Below, in pieces: positions 17,480 to 26,187 of a stretch of 64,000 nt of DNA; positions within the stretch are counted from its first letter, which is position 1; every line of letters begins with the position of its first letter. The translations under genes were made by a program, and so were the position numbers. The stretch comes from Clostridia bacterium (lineage in GTDB: Bacteria; Bacillota; Clostridia; Oscillospirales; CAG-382), in contig JAFSCS010000042.1 of assembly GCA_017436675.1 (NCBI GenBank), forward strand, positions 18,604 through 82,603, in the 5' to 3' direction. Under the pieces are notes generated by a model. That model made no database searches, was not told where the DNA came from, and saw only the letters and a list, made by a program, of their open reading frames with translations.

Positions 17480-18403
17480 ATGCCGATAAAGATCCCCGAA
17501 GCGTTACCCGCTGCGGCAATGCTTGAAAAAGAAAACATATTTACGATCACAGAATCTCGCGCAATGAAACAGGATATCCGTCCCCTGAAAATAGCGATAC
17601 TCAATCTGATGCCGACGAAGATCGTCACGGAAACGCAGTTTTTACGACTTCTTTCCAACACACCGTTGCAGATCGATATAACTTTGTTGATAACGAAAAC
17701 ACACACACCGAAAAATACACCGATGGAGCATCTGAAGAGCTTCTATAAGTATTTTGACGACATAAAGGACGAAAAATTCGATGGACTCATCGTAACGGGC
17801 GCGCCCGTCGAAACGCTTGAGTTCGAGGACGTCACCTATTGGAAGGAGCTTACCGAGATACTCGATTGGGCAAAGAATAACGTATTCTCGTCAATGTTCG
17901 TCTGCTGGGGCGCGCAAGCCGCCCTCTACCATAACCACGGCATCGGAAAACACGCCGTGAAGCGTAAGATATCGGGAATATACCGCCACTGTACGCTTGA
18001 GCCGTCGCATCCGCTCGTTCGCGGATTTGACGAACGGTTTTTCGCACCTCATTCGCGCTACACCGAGATCTCCGTCGATGACGTTGTTCGCCATAAGGAG
18101 CTGATCCCGCTCGCCATCTCTGACGAAGCAGGGCTTTATCTCATCTGCTCGCGTGACGGCAGAGAGGTCTATATTACGGGACATGCCGAATACGACCTCG
18201 AAACTCTTTCGAATGAGTATAACCGAGACATCGGGCGCAACCTCGATCCCGACGTCCCGAAAAACTATTTCCCCGAGGATAACCCCTCACTCCCGCCGAT
18301 CAACGTATGGCGTGCCCATGCCCATCTTTTGTTTTCGAATTGGCTCAACTATTTCGTCTACCAAACGACGCCCTTCAACCTCGAAGAGCTTCAATCGAGA
18401 TAG
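17480..18403 (+). CDS. metA: homoserine O-acyltransferase (MetA family)
   Basis: Start at MPIKIPEALPA. Motifs: IRPLKIAILNLMP.K...E.Q, FDGLIVTGAPVE, VCWGAQAALY, PHSRYTE. Confidence 0.9.
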   Translation: MPIKIPEALPAAAMLEKENIFTITESRAMKQDIRPLKIAILNLMPTKIVTETQFLRLLSNTPLQIDITLLITKTHTPKNTPMEHLKSFYKYFDDIKDEKFDGLIVTGAPVETLEFEDVTYWKELTEILDWAKNNVFSSMFVCWGAQAALYHNHGIGKHAVKRKISGIYRHCTLEPSHPLVRGFDERFFAPHSRYTEISVDDVVRHKELIPLAISDEAGLYLICSRDGREVYITGHAEYDLETLSNEYNRDIGRNLDPDVPKNYFPEDNPSLPPINVWRAHAHLLFSNWLNYFVYQTTPFNLEELQSR

Positions 18404-18639
18404 CCCTGCGAGAATATCTCGTTTTCGATGTATGTTCGAAACTCCTTGTTTATCGGGTGCGCAATATCCTTTGCACCGTGCTCGGTCATACGGTATGGCA
18501 TAACGACCATCTCCTTTCCGCCCGCCTCGACTATCTTCACGTCGTGCAGCGCAAAGCAGTTGTCGAACGTCAGCGATAAGACCGCCTTGAGCGGACCGCT
18601 GTCATATCGTTTTCGTACCGTAACCCCTGTAATCTTCAT
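18391..18639 (-). CDS. spoVG: septation protein SpoVG
   Basis: MKITGVTVRKRYDSGPLKAVLSLTFDNCFALHDVKIVEAGGKEMVVMPYRMTEHGAKDIAHPINKEFR is the canonical SpoVG sequence pattern. Confidence 0.95.
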   Translation of the reverse strand: MKITGVTVRKRYDSGPLKAVLSLTFDNCFALHDVKIVEAGGKEMVVMPYRMTEHGAKDIAHPINKEFRTYIENEIFSQGYLD

Positions 18640-18750
18640 AAAAACCTCCAAGCTCTTTTGATATAGCTAAATTTTTCTCTCAAAGCGGAGCTAATATTCA
18701 AAAAAACATCATAAACTAAAATAAATTTACCTCGGAAGGACTGATCACGA

Positions 18751-20112
18751 TTGAAAATAGACCTTTCAAAATATAAAAAAATATACTTCCTCGGAATCGG
18801 CGGAATAAGTATGTCCGCGCTTGCCTTGATCCTTCATCGCCGCGGCTATACCGTGTGCGGCTATGACCGTCGTCGTACCACCGCAACGATAAAGCTCGAA
18901 GAAGAGGGCATCGAGGTGTTCTACGATTTCTCACCGAATAATAGCGTCGGCGTCGACCTTTGCGTCTATAGTGCCGCAATAGGTGAGGATAACCCGGAAA
19001 TGATGGAAATGCGCAAAAGGGAAGTCCATACGATCAGCCGTGCACAGCTCCTCGGCAGCATAGCCGACGATTATAGTTGTTCAATAGGTATCTCGGGTAC
19101 CCACGGCAAATCGACAACGAGCGGAATGCTTTCCCAGATATTCCTCTCGTTCCCGAAAAGCGATCCGACCATCCTCGTCGGAGCAGAGCTCCCCGCTATC
19201 CATTCAACGTTCAGAACGGGATGCGGCGATAGCTTCATCTTCGAGGCATGCGAGTATAAAGACTCGTTTTTGCAGTTCTATCCTTCGATAAGTATAGTCC
19301 TCAACGTCGAGCTCGACCATACAGACTATTTCAAGGATATCGACCAGATAACCGATTCCTTCGCCCGCTTCATCAAAAATAGCGGTAAGGACGGAAAAGC
19401 GATCGTCAACGCCGATAGCCCCTATGCACTTCGTGCCGCCGAGGGCTATAGCGGTACGTTGTATACCTATTCAGTGTATGGGAACGGTAATTATACCGCG
19501 AAAAATATCTCCTTCGAGAACGGCAACGCCGAGTTTGACGTGATGTATAACGGTAGCTTCTTGATGAACGTAAAATTGAGCGTCCCCGGAATTCATAACG
19601 TGTCGAACGCACTCGCCGCAATAGCCGCATCGCATATCACGGGCGTGCCGGAGGAGGCAATAAAAAAAGGACTCCTCGACTTCCATGGCGTCTGCCGTCG
19701 ATTTGAATATAAAGGAACGTTTTGCGGTGTCCCCGTCTATGATGACTACGCCCACCACCCCGACGAGATAAAGGTGACCTTGTCCGCAGCTCGAGGCTTG
19801 GGCATAAAGCGAGTCATCGCCGTGTTTGAACCGCATACGTATACACGTCTTCATACGTTTATGCAAGATTTCGCCGCAGTACTCTCGAAAGCCGACCTGA
19901 CTATCATCGCTCCGATCTACGCCGCGAGAGAGAAGAACGTCTACGGCTATACCCCGAAAACTCTCGCCGATATGATAAGCGGAGCAGTGGGGCTCGATAG
20001 CTTCGACGAAATAAAAGAATACCTGAAAACCGAGGTCCGAGAGGGCGACGTGATCTTAACAATGGGCGCAGGCGACGTAACAGAGCTTGCCGCATCGTTG
20101 ACGAGTAAATAA
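18751..20112 (+). CDS. murC: UDP-N-acetylmuramate--L-alanine ligase
   Basis: TTG start. Motifs: YFLGIGGISMSALALIL, GISGTHGKSTTSGM, DYAHHP. Confidence 0.93.
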   Translation: MKIDLSKYKKIYFLGIGGISMSALALILHRRGYTVCGYDRRRTTATIKLEEEGIEVFYDFSPNNSVGVDLCVYSAAIGEDNPEMMEMRKREVHTISRAQLLGSIADDYSCSIGISGTHGKSTTSGMLSQIFLSFPKSDPTILVGAELPAIHSTFRTGCGDSFIFEACEYKDSFLQFYPSISIVLNVELDHTDYFKDIDQITDSFARFIKNSGKDGKAIVNADSPYALRAAEGYSGTLYTYSVYGNGNYTAKNISFENGNAEFDVMYNGSFLMNVKLSVPGIHNVSNALAAIAASHITGVPEEAIKKGLLDFHGVCRRFEYKGTFCGVPVYDDYAHHPDEIKVTLSAARGLGIKRVIAVFEPHTYTRLHTFMQDFAAVLSKADLTIIAPIYAAREKNVYGYTPKTLADMISGAVGLDSFDEIKEYLKTEVREGDVILTMGAGDVTELAASLTSK

Positions 20113-20146
20113 TGTTATAAAATCTCGAAAAAATCGAAAAAACATA

Positions 20147-20175
20147 TTGACAAAACCGAAAAAATGTTGTATATT
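20147..20175 (+). promoter_or_regulatory. sigma-A-type promoter of rpmB
   Basis: TTGACA (20147-20152), 17-nt spacer, TATATT (20170-20175). Confidence 0.65.
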
Positions 20176-20228
20176 AAGGTGTTGCAATCGATAAGTAGTA
20201 AAAATAGCTTAAAGCGGAGGTGTTATAG

Positions 20229-20414
20229 ATGGCAAAATGTGAATATTGTGGCAAGAGTGTTACCTTCGGTCTCAAGGTTTCCCACTCCAACAGAAAAACT
20301 AACAGAACCTGGAAACCCAACATAAGAAAAGTTAAGGCTAACGTAAATGGTACGCATACAACTGTTTCAGTTTGTAGCCGTTGCCTTCGTTCCGGTAAGG
20401 TAGAAAGAATATAA
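20229..20414 (+). CDS. rpmB: 50S ribosomal protein L28
   Basis: MAKCEYCGKSVTFGLKVSHSNRKTNRTWKPNIRKVKA...VCSRCLRSGKV. RBS ggagg. Confidence 0.95.
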   Translation: MAKCEYCGKSVTFGLKVSHSNRKTNRTWKPNIRKVKANVNGTHTTVSVCSRCLRSGKVERI

Positions 20415-20462
20415 GTTTTTCGGAGTTCCGAACTAACAAATTGTTCATAAAATCAACAAAAA

Positions 20463-20497
20463 GAGCTGATGCTTTTGCATCAGCTTTCTTTTTTTTA
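20463..20497 (+). terminator. rho-independent terminator of rpmB
   Basis: The sequence is gagctgatgc-tttt-gcatcagct followed by ttcttttttttt. Confidence 0.8.
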
Positions 20498-20762
20498 CTC
20501 CCCTGTGACTGGTTTATTATGCCTTCGGCGACCAAAGACAACTTTCTATAGAAAGTTTTCTTTGGAATCTTTCAAAGATTTTATATTGCTTTTTTCCGAC
20601 GAGGTATCCGTTACTTCGTCGGTAATTTTTATTCTGTGGGTTTTAGACACCTCGACGGAAAAAAGAGATAGAAAGTCGCCGAGAGGTTCAAAAGAGAATT
20701 CTCTACAGAGAGTTATTTTTAATCGCAGGAGAAATATAAACAGCTACAAAGGACAAACAACC
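20498..20762 (+). repeat. mosaic intergenic repeat, family E, full copy
   Basis: Order of modules: ttatgccttcggcgac unit, palindrome caaagacaactttctatagaaagttttctttgg, aatctttcaaagattttatattgctttttt, hairpin ccgacgaggtatccgttacttcgtcgg, agtcgccgagagg module, and inverted units tcgcaggagaaatataaac. Confidence 0.85.
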
Positions 20763-20925
20763 AAAAGTTTTGGTCGAGCTTTTTCAAAAGCTCGCGGGTG
20801 GAGGGCGGAGCCTCCGAAATGTGAAGCCTTGATACGCCACGGCTTTGAAACCATTTTCAACCAAGGCGTCGCCTTATGGCGACCATATTTCACGAATTAA
20901 AAGACGGCAATTTTTTGCCGTCTTT
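20763..20925 (-). repeat. mosaic intergenic repeat, family F, inverted copy
   Basis: Its reverse complement aligns module by module with 43881-44030 (aaagacggcaa...gccg.ctttt..aattcgtgaaat.tggtc.ccataaggcgac) and with 33049-33095 (gccctccacccgcga.cttttgaaaaag.tcga.caaaactt). Confidence 0.85.
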
Positions 20926-20949
20926 GTCGTTGTTCATAATTTATTCATT

Positions 20950-21170
20950 TTTTGTTCATAAATTGTTTACATTTGAATTTGGTAAAAACTATTGACTTTT
21001 TGCGGGGGGGTAGTATAATGTAATTGAAGAGTAAAAGTTACTCTTTAAAGGAAAAACAAGCATCGAGATGGATTACGGTGTTATTATATTTTTGACTTAT
21101 ATCCGTACTTTCTTTTTGATGATTTGTTTTCAAGGGACAGTGCGGTCATTTTACATTTAGGAGGGATAAA
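20950..21170 (+). promoter_or_regulatory. promoter plus structured-leader cassette, copy A
   Basis: A 26-nt block ttttgttcataaattgtttacatttg is identical to 36639-36664. Promoter: TTGACT (20992-20997), 16-nt spacer, TATAAT (21014-21019). The leader has the stem gaagagtaa/ttactcttt, a conserved aaaggaaaaaca, and the hairpin tacgg...ccgta followed by ctttcttttt. Confidence 0.7.
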
Positions 21171-22805
21171 ATGAAAAAATTATTCATAGTGTCATTATTA
21201 TTGTGGGCTGTTATCTTGGTTTCGTGCGGGAGCGGAGATGATAGCTCGGCTGCAATTCCGTTGACGAGTGATGCTGATGTGTCCGTTGACGAGAGCTTTG
21301 ACGATATTTCGGAGGATATATCAGCCGAAGTGTCCGATACGAGCATGATTGAAGAAAGCGACGTTTCCGATGTAGTAAGTGAACCTGATGAAAGCGACGT
21401 TTCCGATGTAGTGAGTGAGCCTGATGAAAAGGATGAGCAGATCGTTTTTTCGTATGGTGTTATTGATGGTGATCCTTGGCAGACACATTACTCTCATTTT
21501 TACAGAGGTTCAAATTATATTTTAGATTTTTCGTTCACAAAGACAGAAGCGTTCGATACTTGGATGACGGAGTGGGAAGGTTTGAGTGATAAAGAGAAAA
21601 GCTCTATGCCGTTGTTATATCACCTTGTGAAGTCACTTGAGTTGGATAAGGATGACTTTATCGCTGAAAACGAATTGAGAAAGAACGAAGAAGGAAAGCT
21701 GTTTTACGAGGATAGGTTAATTGAGCTGATATTTGGCGATTATGAATTGAATACACTTAATATTGCACTCAACAACGGCACGGCATATATTATCGGTGGT
21801 GAAATATATGAATTCGACGAGATTCTCGAATGGGATTATGAGAAGATCAAGGATCACGTTATAAATTACCGTTTATTAAACTATTTTGACAAAGCAAAAA
21901 CAGGATTTACAAACGTCGAAAATACCGTTGCACTTGAAAAGTTAGACGCCATCCACGATAAGCTTTATGAGGACGGCTTTATTGCTAACGAAGGTGATTA
22001 CATAAATAGTGGTTATATTAGGTTCTCGGAGATTCATCTTGATGAGGATTCTTATGGAAACTATGATTTTTACTTTTATTCAACCAATCCCGATTATGAA
22101 TCAATCTACTGGCGATGGTTACAGTGTGATGAAGAGACTGCAAGAAGGTTTTCGGAGGAGATAAAAGAAAGTCAGCCCGAACTGAGTGTATGGGATCTTG
22201 AATACTTTGAATACTACAACGATGTATTCCAAAAACCTGCGATAATTACTTTTTTGGAGTTGGCTGAAAAGCACGGAATGGACAAAGAGCTATTCTGCCT
22301 ATTGAACGAGGAGTTAAAGGCTAACTACCACGGCGGATCGATCCGCAGCTATTTAACCGACAGAGAAATTGAACTTATATACGCCTATATCAACGGAACT
22401 TATGACAAAGAAGCGTTGAAAGTCTCCATGCGCACAGGGCAAGGTATCTATTACAAGGGTAAAATGTATACCTTGTTGGATATAATGTATTTCTTCAACG
22501 ATGATGAAGAGGTTTGGGTCGATCTTGCCGAAAATTACGATTTTATGGGATTTATCTATGATAATCTCATATATCCGAAGGAAACGGGCGTTAACCACGC
22601 TTCTTGGATAATAAAACAGATGTATAAATTAGGATATTTGTATTCCCCTTATTTACCTGAACACGAGGATTATGATACGGCTACAATAGATATGGATTTC
22701 AAAACGATGGAGATAATTGATTACATTCCCGATTTTGGCGGAGATTATTACCCGCATTGGTTTTGGGATGAAGATTATTGGTCCAGGTCAGAAGATTTGG
22801 AATAA
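21171..22805 (+). CDS. lipoprotein with acidic S/D/E linker and repeated helical modules, unknown function
   Basis: The product starts MKKLFIVSLLLWAVILVSC (lipobox). RBS aggaggg. The linker contains a perfect 12-aa duplication. Repeated modules include PLLYHLVKSLELDKDDFIAENE and PAIITFLELAEKHGMDKELFCLLNE. Confidence 0.78.
   Translation: MKKLFIVSLLLWAVILVSCGSGDDSSAAIPLTSDADVSVDESFDDISEDISAEVSDTSMIEESDVSDVVSEPDESDVSDVVSEPDEKDEQIVFSYGVIDGDPWQTHYSHFYRGSNYILDFSFTKTEAFDTWMTEWEGLSDKEKSSMPLLYHLVKSLELDKDDFIAENELRKNEEGKLFYEDRLIELIFGDYELNTLNIALNNGTAYIIGGEIYEFDEILEWDYEKIKDHVINYRLLNYFDKAKTGFTNVENTVALEKLDAIHDKLYEDGFIANEGDYINSGYIRFSEIHLDEDSYGNYDFYFYSTNPDYESIYWRWLQCDEETARRFSEEIKESQPELSVWDLEYFEYYNDVFQKPAIITFLELAEKHGMDKELFCLLNEELKANYHGGSIRSYLTDREIELIYAYINGTYDKEALKVSMRTGQGIYYKGKMYTLLDIMYFFNDDEEVWVDLAENYDFMGFIYDNLIYPKETGVNHASWIIKQMYKLGYLYSPYLPEHEDYDTATIDMDFKTMEIIDYIPDFGGDYYPHWFWDEDYWSRSEDLE
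21354..21425 (+). repeat. in-frame 36-bp tandem duplication (x2) inside the lipoprotein linker
   Basis: gaaagcgacgtttccgatgtagtaagtgaacctgat and gaaagcgacgtttccgatgtagtgagtgagcctgat each encode ESDVSDVVSEPD. Confidence 0.9.
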
Positions 22806-22815
22806 TTAAATTAGA

Positions 22816-22845
22816 AAGGGACGGCGATGCCGTCCCTTCGTTTTT
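22816..22845. terminator. bidirectional terminator between convergent genes
   Basis: The sequence is aagggacggc-gat-gccgtccctt followed by cgttttt, with an A-rich stretch upstream. Confidence 0.8.
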
Positions 22846-22918
22846 AAGACCTGTGTGTACCTCGTTGAAGGCAAATATAATTGACACATCTGCAATAGTA
22901 CAGATGCGTCAGCTTTTT

Positions 22919-23407
22919 TCACATCCTATAAAAGCTCCCCTGCGAAGCGAAGCACAGCGGACATACCGTCGGCGCATTTCTGCCGCTTGCAACGAACCCG
23001 CATCTGTGACAACGCCACGAAGCAGGCTTTTCACAATTGTAATCTGTGCCGCCCTCGAAGTCACGAAGCCGCTTCTTGAAGCGTTCTCCGTGACCTGCCT
23101 CTATCTTGGATAGCGCCAAAAGTCTCGCGTCGCCGTCGTCAGCGTGCCACTCGTGGTATTTCCGCGCGTCCGCCTCCTCGTCGGCAATTGCACGGCGCAT
23201 CTGCTTCTCAATAGCTTCCTTTCCGTTTAGTTCATCATAAAACGCCTTCGCGTGCGAAAGCTCGTTTTCGGATGTGTCGTAATAAAGCCGAGCAATATCC
23301 TCGAGCCCCTCGCTTCTCGCTCTGTCGCCGTAGATTTTATATAATGTGTGACCGACCGCCTCGTCGCGAAAGCTTTCTTCCATCTTGTTTTTGTCCAAAA
23401 AAAGCAT
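22919..23407 (-). CDS. rubrerythrin-family protein (ferritin-like diiron domain plus C-terminal rubredoxin-like CxxC...CxxC)
   Basis: Motifs: EAVGHTLYKIYGDRA, ENELSHAKAF, EEADARKY, IEAGHGERF, WRCHRCGF...CPLCFA. The start is ambiguous: AGGAG abuts the ATG at 23407, while a TTG at 23398 and an ATG at 23383 are alternatives. Confidence 0.8.
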   Translation of the reverse strand: MLFLDKNKMEESFRDEAVGHTLYKIYGDRARSEGLEDIARLYYDTSENELSHAKAFYDELNGKEAIEKQMRRAIADEEADARKYHEWHADDGDARLLALSKIEAGHGERFKKRLRDFEGGTDYNCEKPASWRCHRCGFVASGRNAPTVCPLCFASQGSFYRM

Positions 23408-23455
23408 CTCCTTTAATACCGTTTTCTAACAGTATATTCGGAGATGCCGAATTTG

Positions 23456-24019
23456 TTATATTTTGTTGTAAAGATAATAGAAGCAAACGTCTCGACTCTC
23501 ACCGCGAATGAACATATAATTCCGCTTCGTGTCCGTAAGCTTGAAGCCGAATCGCTCTGCAAGTCTGCGCGACGGAGTGTTCTTTTCCATAATCCTCAGC
23601 TTAATGTGTTTGAGCCTCAGCACCTCGAACGAATACCGAACGAAAAAGTCCATCGCCTCCGTCATATATCCGTTCTTTTGATATTTTGGAGAAAGCACAT
23701 ACCCCATCTCCGAACCGCCGTTTTCAAATCCGGTATATCCGATCGTTCCGATGAGCTTCTTTTCTTCCCTCAGCTCGATGCCCCATTCGAAGTATCGAAA
23801 CCGCTTCATCTTCTCGACAACGCTCTCAAGAAAGCATTTCGTCTCGAAAAGGTTGAGATGCGGTCCCCACGGAAGATGCTCGACCGTTTTTGACAGCGAC
23901 GCAAGATCATAAAGATCGTTCAAGTCATCCATCGTCATCGGTCGAAATATCAACCGCTCAGTTTCAAATACGGGCAACGGAAAAATGTTCCTTTTTAGCC
24001 TGAGCCGAAAAAACATCAT
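23456..24019 (-). CDS. GNAT-family N-acetyltransferase (RimJ/RimL-like)
   Basis: Motifs: FETERLIFRPMTMDDLNDLYDL, WGIELREEKKLIGTIGY, GYVLSPKYQKNGYMTEA, N..S.RL.ERFGF. It overlaps the hflC stop by 4 nt. Confidence 0.8.
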   Translation of the reverse strand: MMFFRLRLKRNIFPLPVFETERLIFRPMTMDDLNDLYDLASLSKTVEHLPWGPHLNLFETKCFLESVVEKMKRFRYFEWGIELREEKKLIGTIGYTGFENGGSEMGYVLSPKYQKNGYMTEAMDFFVRYSFEVLRLKHIKLRIMEKNTPSRRLAERFGFKLTDTKRNYMFIRGESRDVCFYYLYNKI

Positions 24020-24915
24020 TCACCCTCGGAAATGTTTGTGAGTATCTTTGCGATCTCGGAATCCTTGCCTAGAATGATCGTCGTCTCGTCGCCGTTTAAT
24101 GATGCCTTGAGCGCGTCAAGTCCGCGTAAGAACTCATAAAACTCGCGTTTTGCGGGTGTGTTGTATGCCTCGCTGAGTATCTTCATATATTGCTTTTCAC
24201 CCTCAGCAACGAGCTTTTCAGCCTCGAGCTTCGCGTCGGAAATGATGATGTTGTATTTCTTGTCTACCTCATTGATAATGAGCGCCGCTTGATATTCACC
24301 GTCTGCGCGGTATTTTTCAGCCATTTGGTTGCGCTCCGAGATCATTCTCGTATAGACCGCTTGCTCGTTTTCGCTCGGAAGGTCGAAACGCTTTATTTTA
24401 ACGTCAATAACTTCAATTCCATAGCTTTCAGCACCGACCTTCACCTTTTCGGTTATCTCGCGATATATCTCGTTTCTTTCCTCGGGGGGATTTTCATTGA
24501 TGATGTCGCTCTGGTTGAGCGTACCGAGAATTGTCTTTACGTTGTTGTATGCAATGGTGTCAAGACGAGTCTCTGCCTCGCTGATATATCCGAGCGTTTG
24601 GTAGAAGCGAAGCGGATCGGATATCTTCCAAACCACGTAGCAGTCCACCTGCATCGTCTTCTTGTCCTTCGTGATACCGTCCGACGGCTTCACGTCATAA
24701 AGCTGCATATTCTTCGGATACGTCTTTATGCTGTCGATGAACGGCACCTTGAGATAAAGCCCCGCGTCACCCTTGACGTCGATTATCTTCGCAAAACGTA
24801 CCACACACGCGTATTCGTCCTCTGCAACGGTGAAATATGAATCACCCACCACGAAAAGACCAACGACAACGATAATACCTATTATAATTAAAACAACTTT
24901 TTTGCTTTTTTTCAT
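24016..24915 (-). CDS. hflC: SPFH/band-7 protein, HflC-like
   Basis: N-terminal TM segment VVLIIIGIIVVVGLFVV. SPFH core: VRFAKIIDV...GLYLKVPFIDS. It is the second gene of an hflK-hflC pair. Confidence 0.82.
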   Translation of the reverse strand: MKKSKKVVLIIIGIIVVVGLFVVGDSYFTVAEDEYACVVRFAKIIDVKGDAGLYLKVPFIDSIKTYPKNMQLYDVKPSDGITKDKKTMQVDCYVVWKISDPLRFYQTLGYISEAETRLDTIAYNNVKTILGTLNQSDIINENPPEERNEIYREITEKVKVGAESYGIEVIDVKIKRFDLPSENEQAVYTRMISERNQMAEKYRADGEYQAALIINEVDKKYNIIISDAKLEAEKLVAEGEKQYMKILSEAYNTPAKREFYEFLRGLDALKASLNGDETTIILGKDSEIAKILTNISEGE

Positions 24916-24939
24916 TATATCATTAACTCCTTTCGCGAA

Positions 24940-25920
24940 CTATCCCAATTGGGTGTAAAAGCTTTCGAGCGGGAGGAGCTTTTCAACTCCGTTCTCGGAT
25001 GCGTCAATATAGATCTTTGCATTCGGGAAAATGACCTCGATAGCTTCAAAATACATTCTTATCCTCGTTATCTCGGGATTGAGCTCGTATTCGCTGTACA
25101 TCGCCTCAAACATCGCGATCTGCTGACGCGCTTCGTTTATGCGGGCCTGCATCTGATAGTTCGCGTGTTGGATGAGCTTATCCTTTTCCGTGTTCGCAAG
25201 CGGTATCTTCTCGTTTTCGTACGCCGTAGCATTGTTGAGTGCAGTGTCCATACCTTGCTTTGCCGTTTCAACCGCCTTGAACGCATTGTTTACCTCAACC
25301 GTAGGCGGCTCACTGTCTTGGATACGTACGTCGGATATCGAAAGCCCAATGTCGTATACCTCAAGCTCTTGGATGAGCATATCCTTGACGAGTCCTTGTA
25401 TCTCGCTCTTTCCGGTCGTCAAAATGTCGTCGATCTTGTATGAGCTGATGACGCTTCTGATCTGGCTTTGCGCGAGCATCTTCAGTATCGAGTCGGGAGA
25501 CTTTGAAGAGTAAAGATATTTAACGGGATCGGCGATGCGATATTCAATGAAGAAATCAACGTTTACGATGTTGAAATCACCCGTGATCATCTTGCTCTCA
25601 CTCTCAACTGTGTATGTTTCACCCGTCTTGTCGTCGGTCTTGTAGCCAAGCTCGATCTTGTAAATAGCGTTGACCTTCGTCTTTTGTACCTGTTGTATTC
25701 CAAAGGGTAGCTTGACGTGAACGCCCGCCTCGGTGATCGCCGTCACCTTTCCGAACGTAGTCACAACGCCGACCTCTTGGTCGTTGACTGTGTAAATGCA
25801 GGTCGATATCAATGCCACCGCGAATATTACCGCAAATATCGCAATAACGATCTTCAGCGCAGTCTTGTTTTTGTCGGACGGCACGTTAACGACCTTCTTT
25901 TGATTAAAACTAAAATTCAT
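24940..25920 (-). CDS. hflK: SPFH/band-7 protein, HflK-like
   Basis: TM segment ALKIVIAIFAVIFAVALISTCIY. SPFH core: VGVVTTFGKV...GVHVKLPFGIQ. It has a coiled-coil C-terminal half. Confidence 0.82.
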   Translation of the reverse strand: MNFSFNQKKVVNVPSDKNKTALKIVIAIFAVIFAVALISTCIYTVNDQEVGVVTTFGKVTAITEAGVHVKLPFGIQQVQKTKVNAIYKIELGYKTDDKTGETYTVESESKMITGDFNIVNVDFFIEYRIADPVKYLYSSKSPDSILKMLAQSQIRSVISSYKIDDILTTGKSEIQGLVKDMLIQELEVYDIGLSISDVRIQDSEPPTVEVNNAFKAVETAKQGMDTALNNATAYENEKIPLANTEKDKLIQHANYQMQARINEARQQIAMFEAMYSEYELNPEITRIRMYFEAIEVIFPNAKIYIDASENGVEKLLPLESFYTQLG

Positions 25921-26128
25921 GATCCTTCATCCTTTCATAAATTAGTATGGTAACATTATATAATATTTCGGTCGCTTTTTCAATAGACAAATAATAATAA
26001 ATGTTCCGCCGTTCCATAAATCGCTCAACTAATAGAAAGATCGAAAAAAGAAAAAGAACACTCATTAACAATTTGTTCATATTTTTTAATAATTTATTAA
26101 CAATTTTTAAAAAAATGCCTAAATGTTG

Positions 26129-26157
26129 TTGACAACGAGAGGTAAAACTGTTATAAT
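26129..26157 (+). promoter_or_regulatory. strong sigma-A-type promoter with extended -10
   Basis: TTGACA (26129-26134), 17-nt spacer ending in tgt, TATAAT (26152-26157). Confidence 0.7.
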
Positions 26158-26187
26158 TAAATAAACTTTTAAAAAGGAGTATAAAAA

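Noticed and set aside
20469-20900. 143-aa ORF. Similar ORFs lie at 16557-17045 (minus), 32976-33350 (minus) and the N-terminal 21 codons of 13845-14492.
   Set aside because: They lie entirely in the family E/F mosaic repeats. The recurring peptides (TFYRKF, SKARGWRA/SKVRGWRA) are translations of palindromic DNA modules in different orientations, which argues against real coding.
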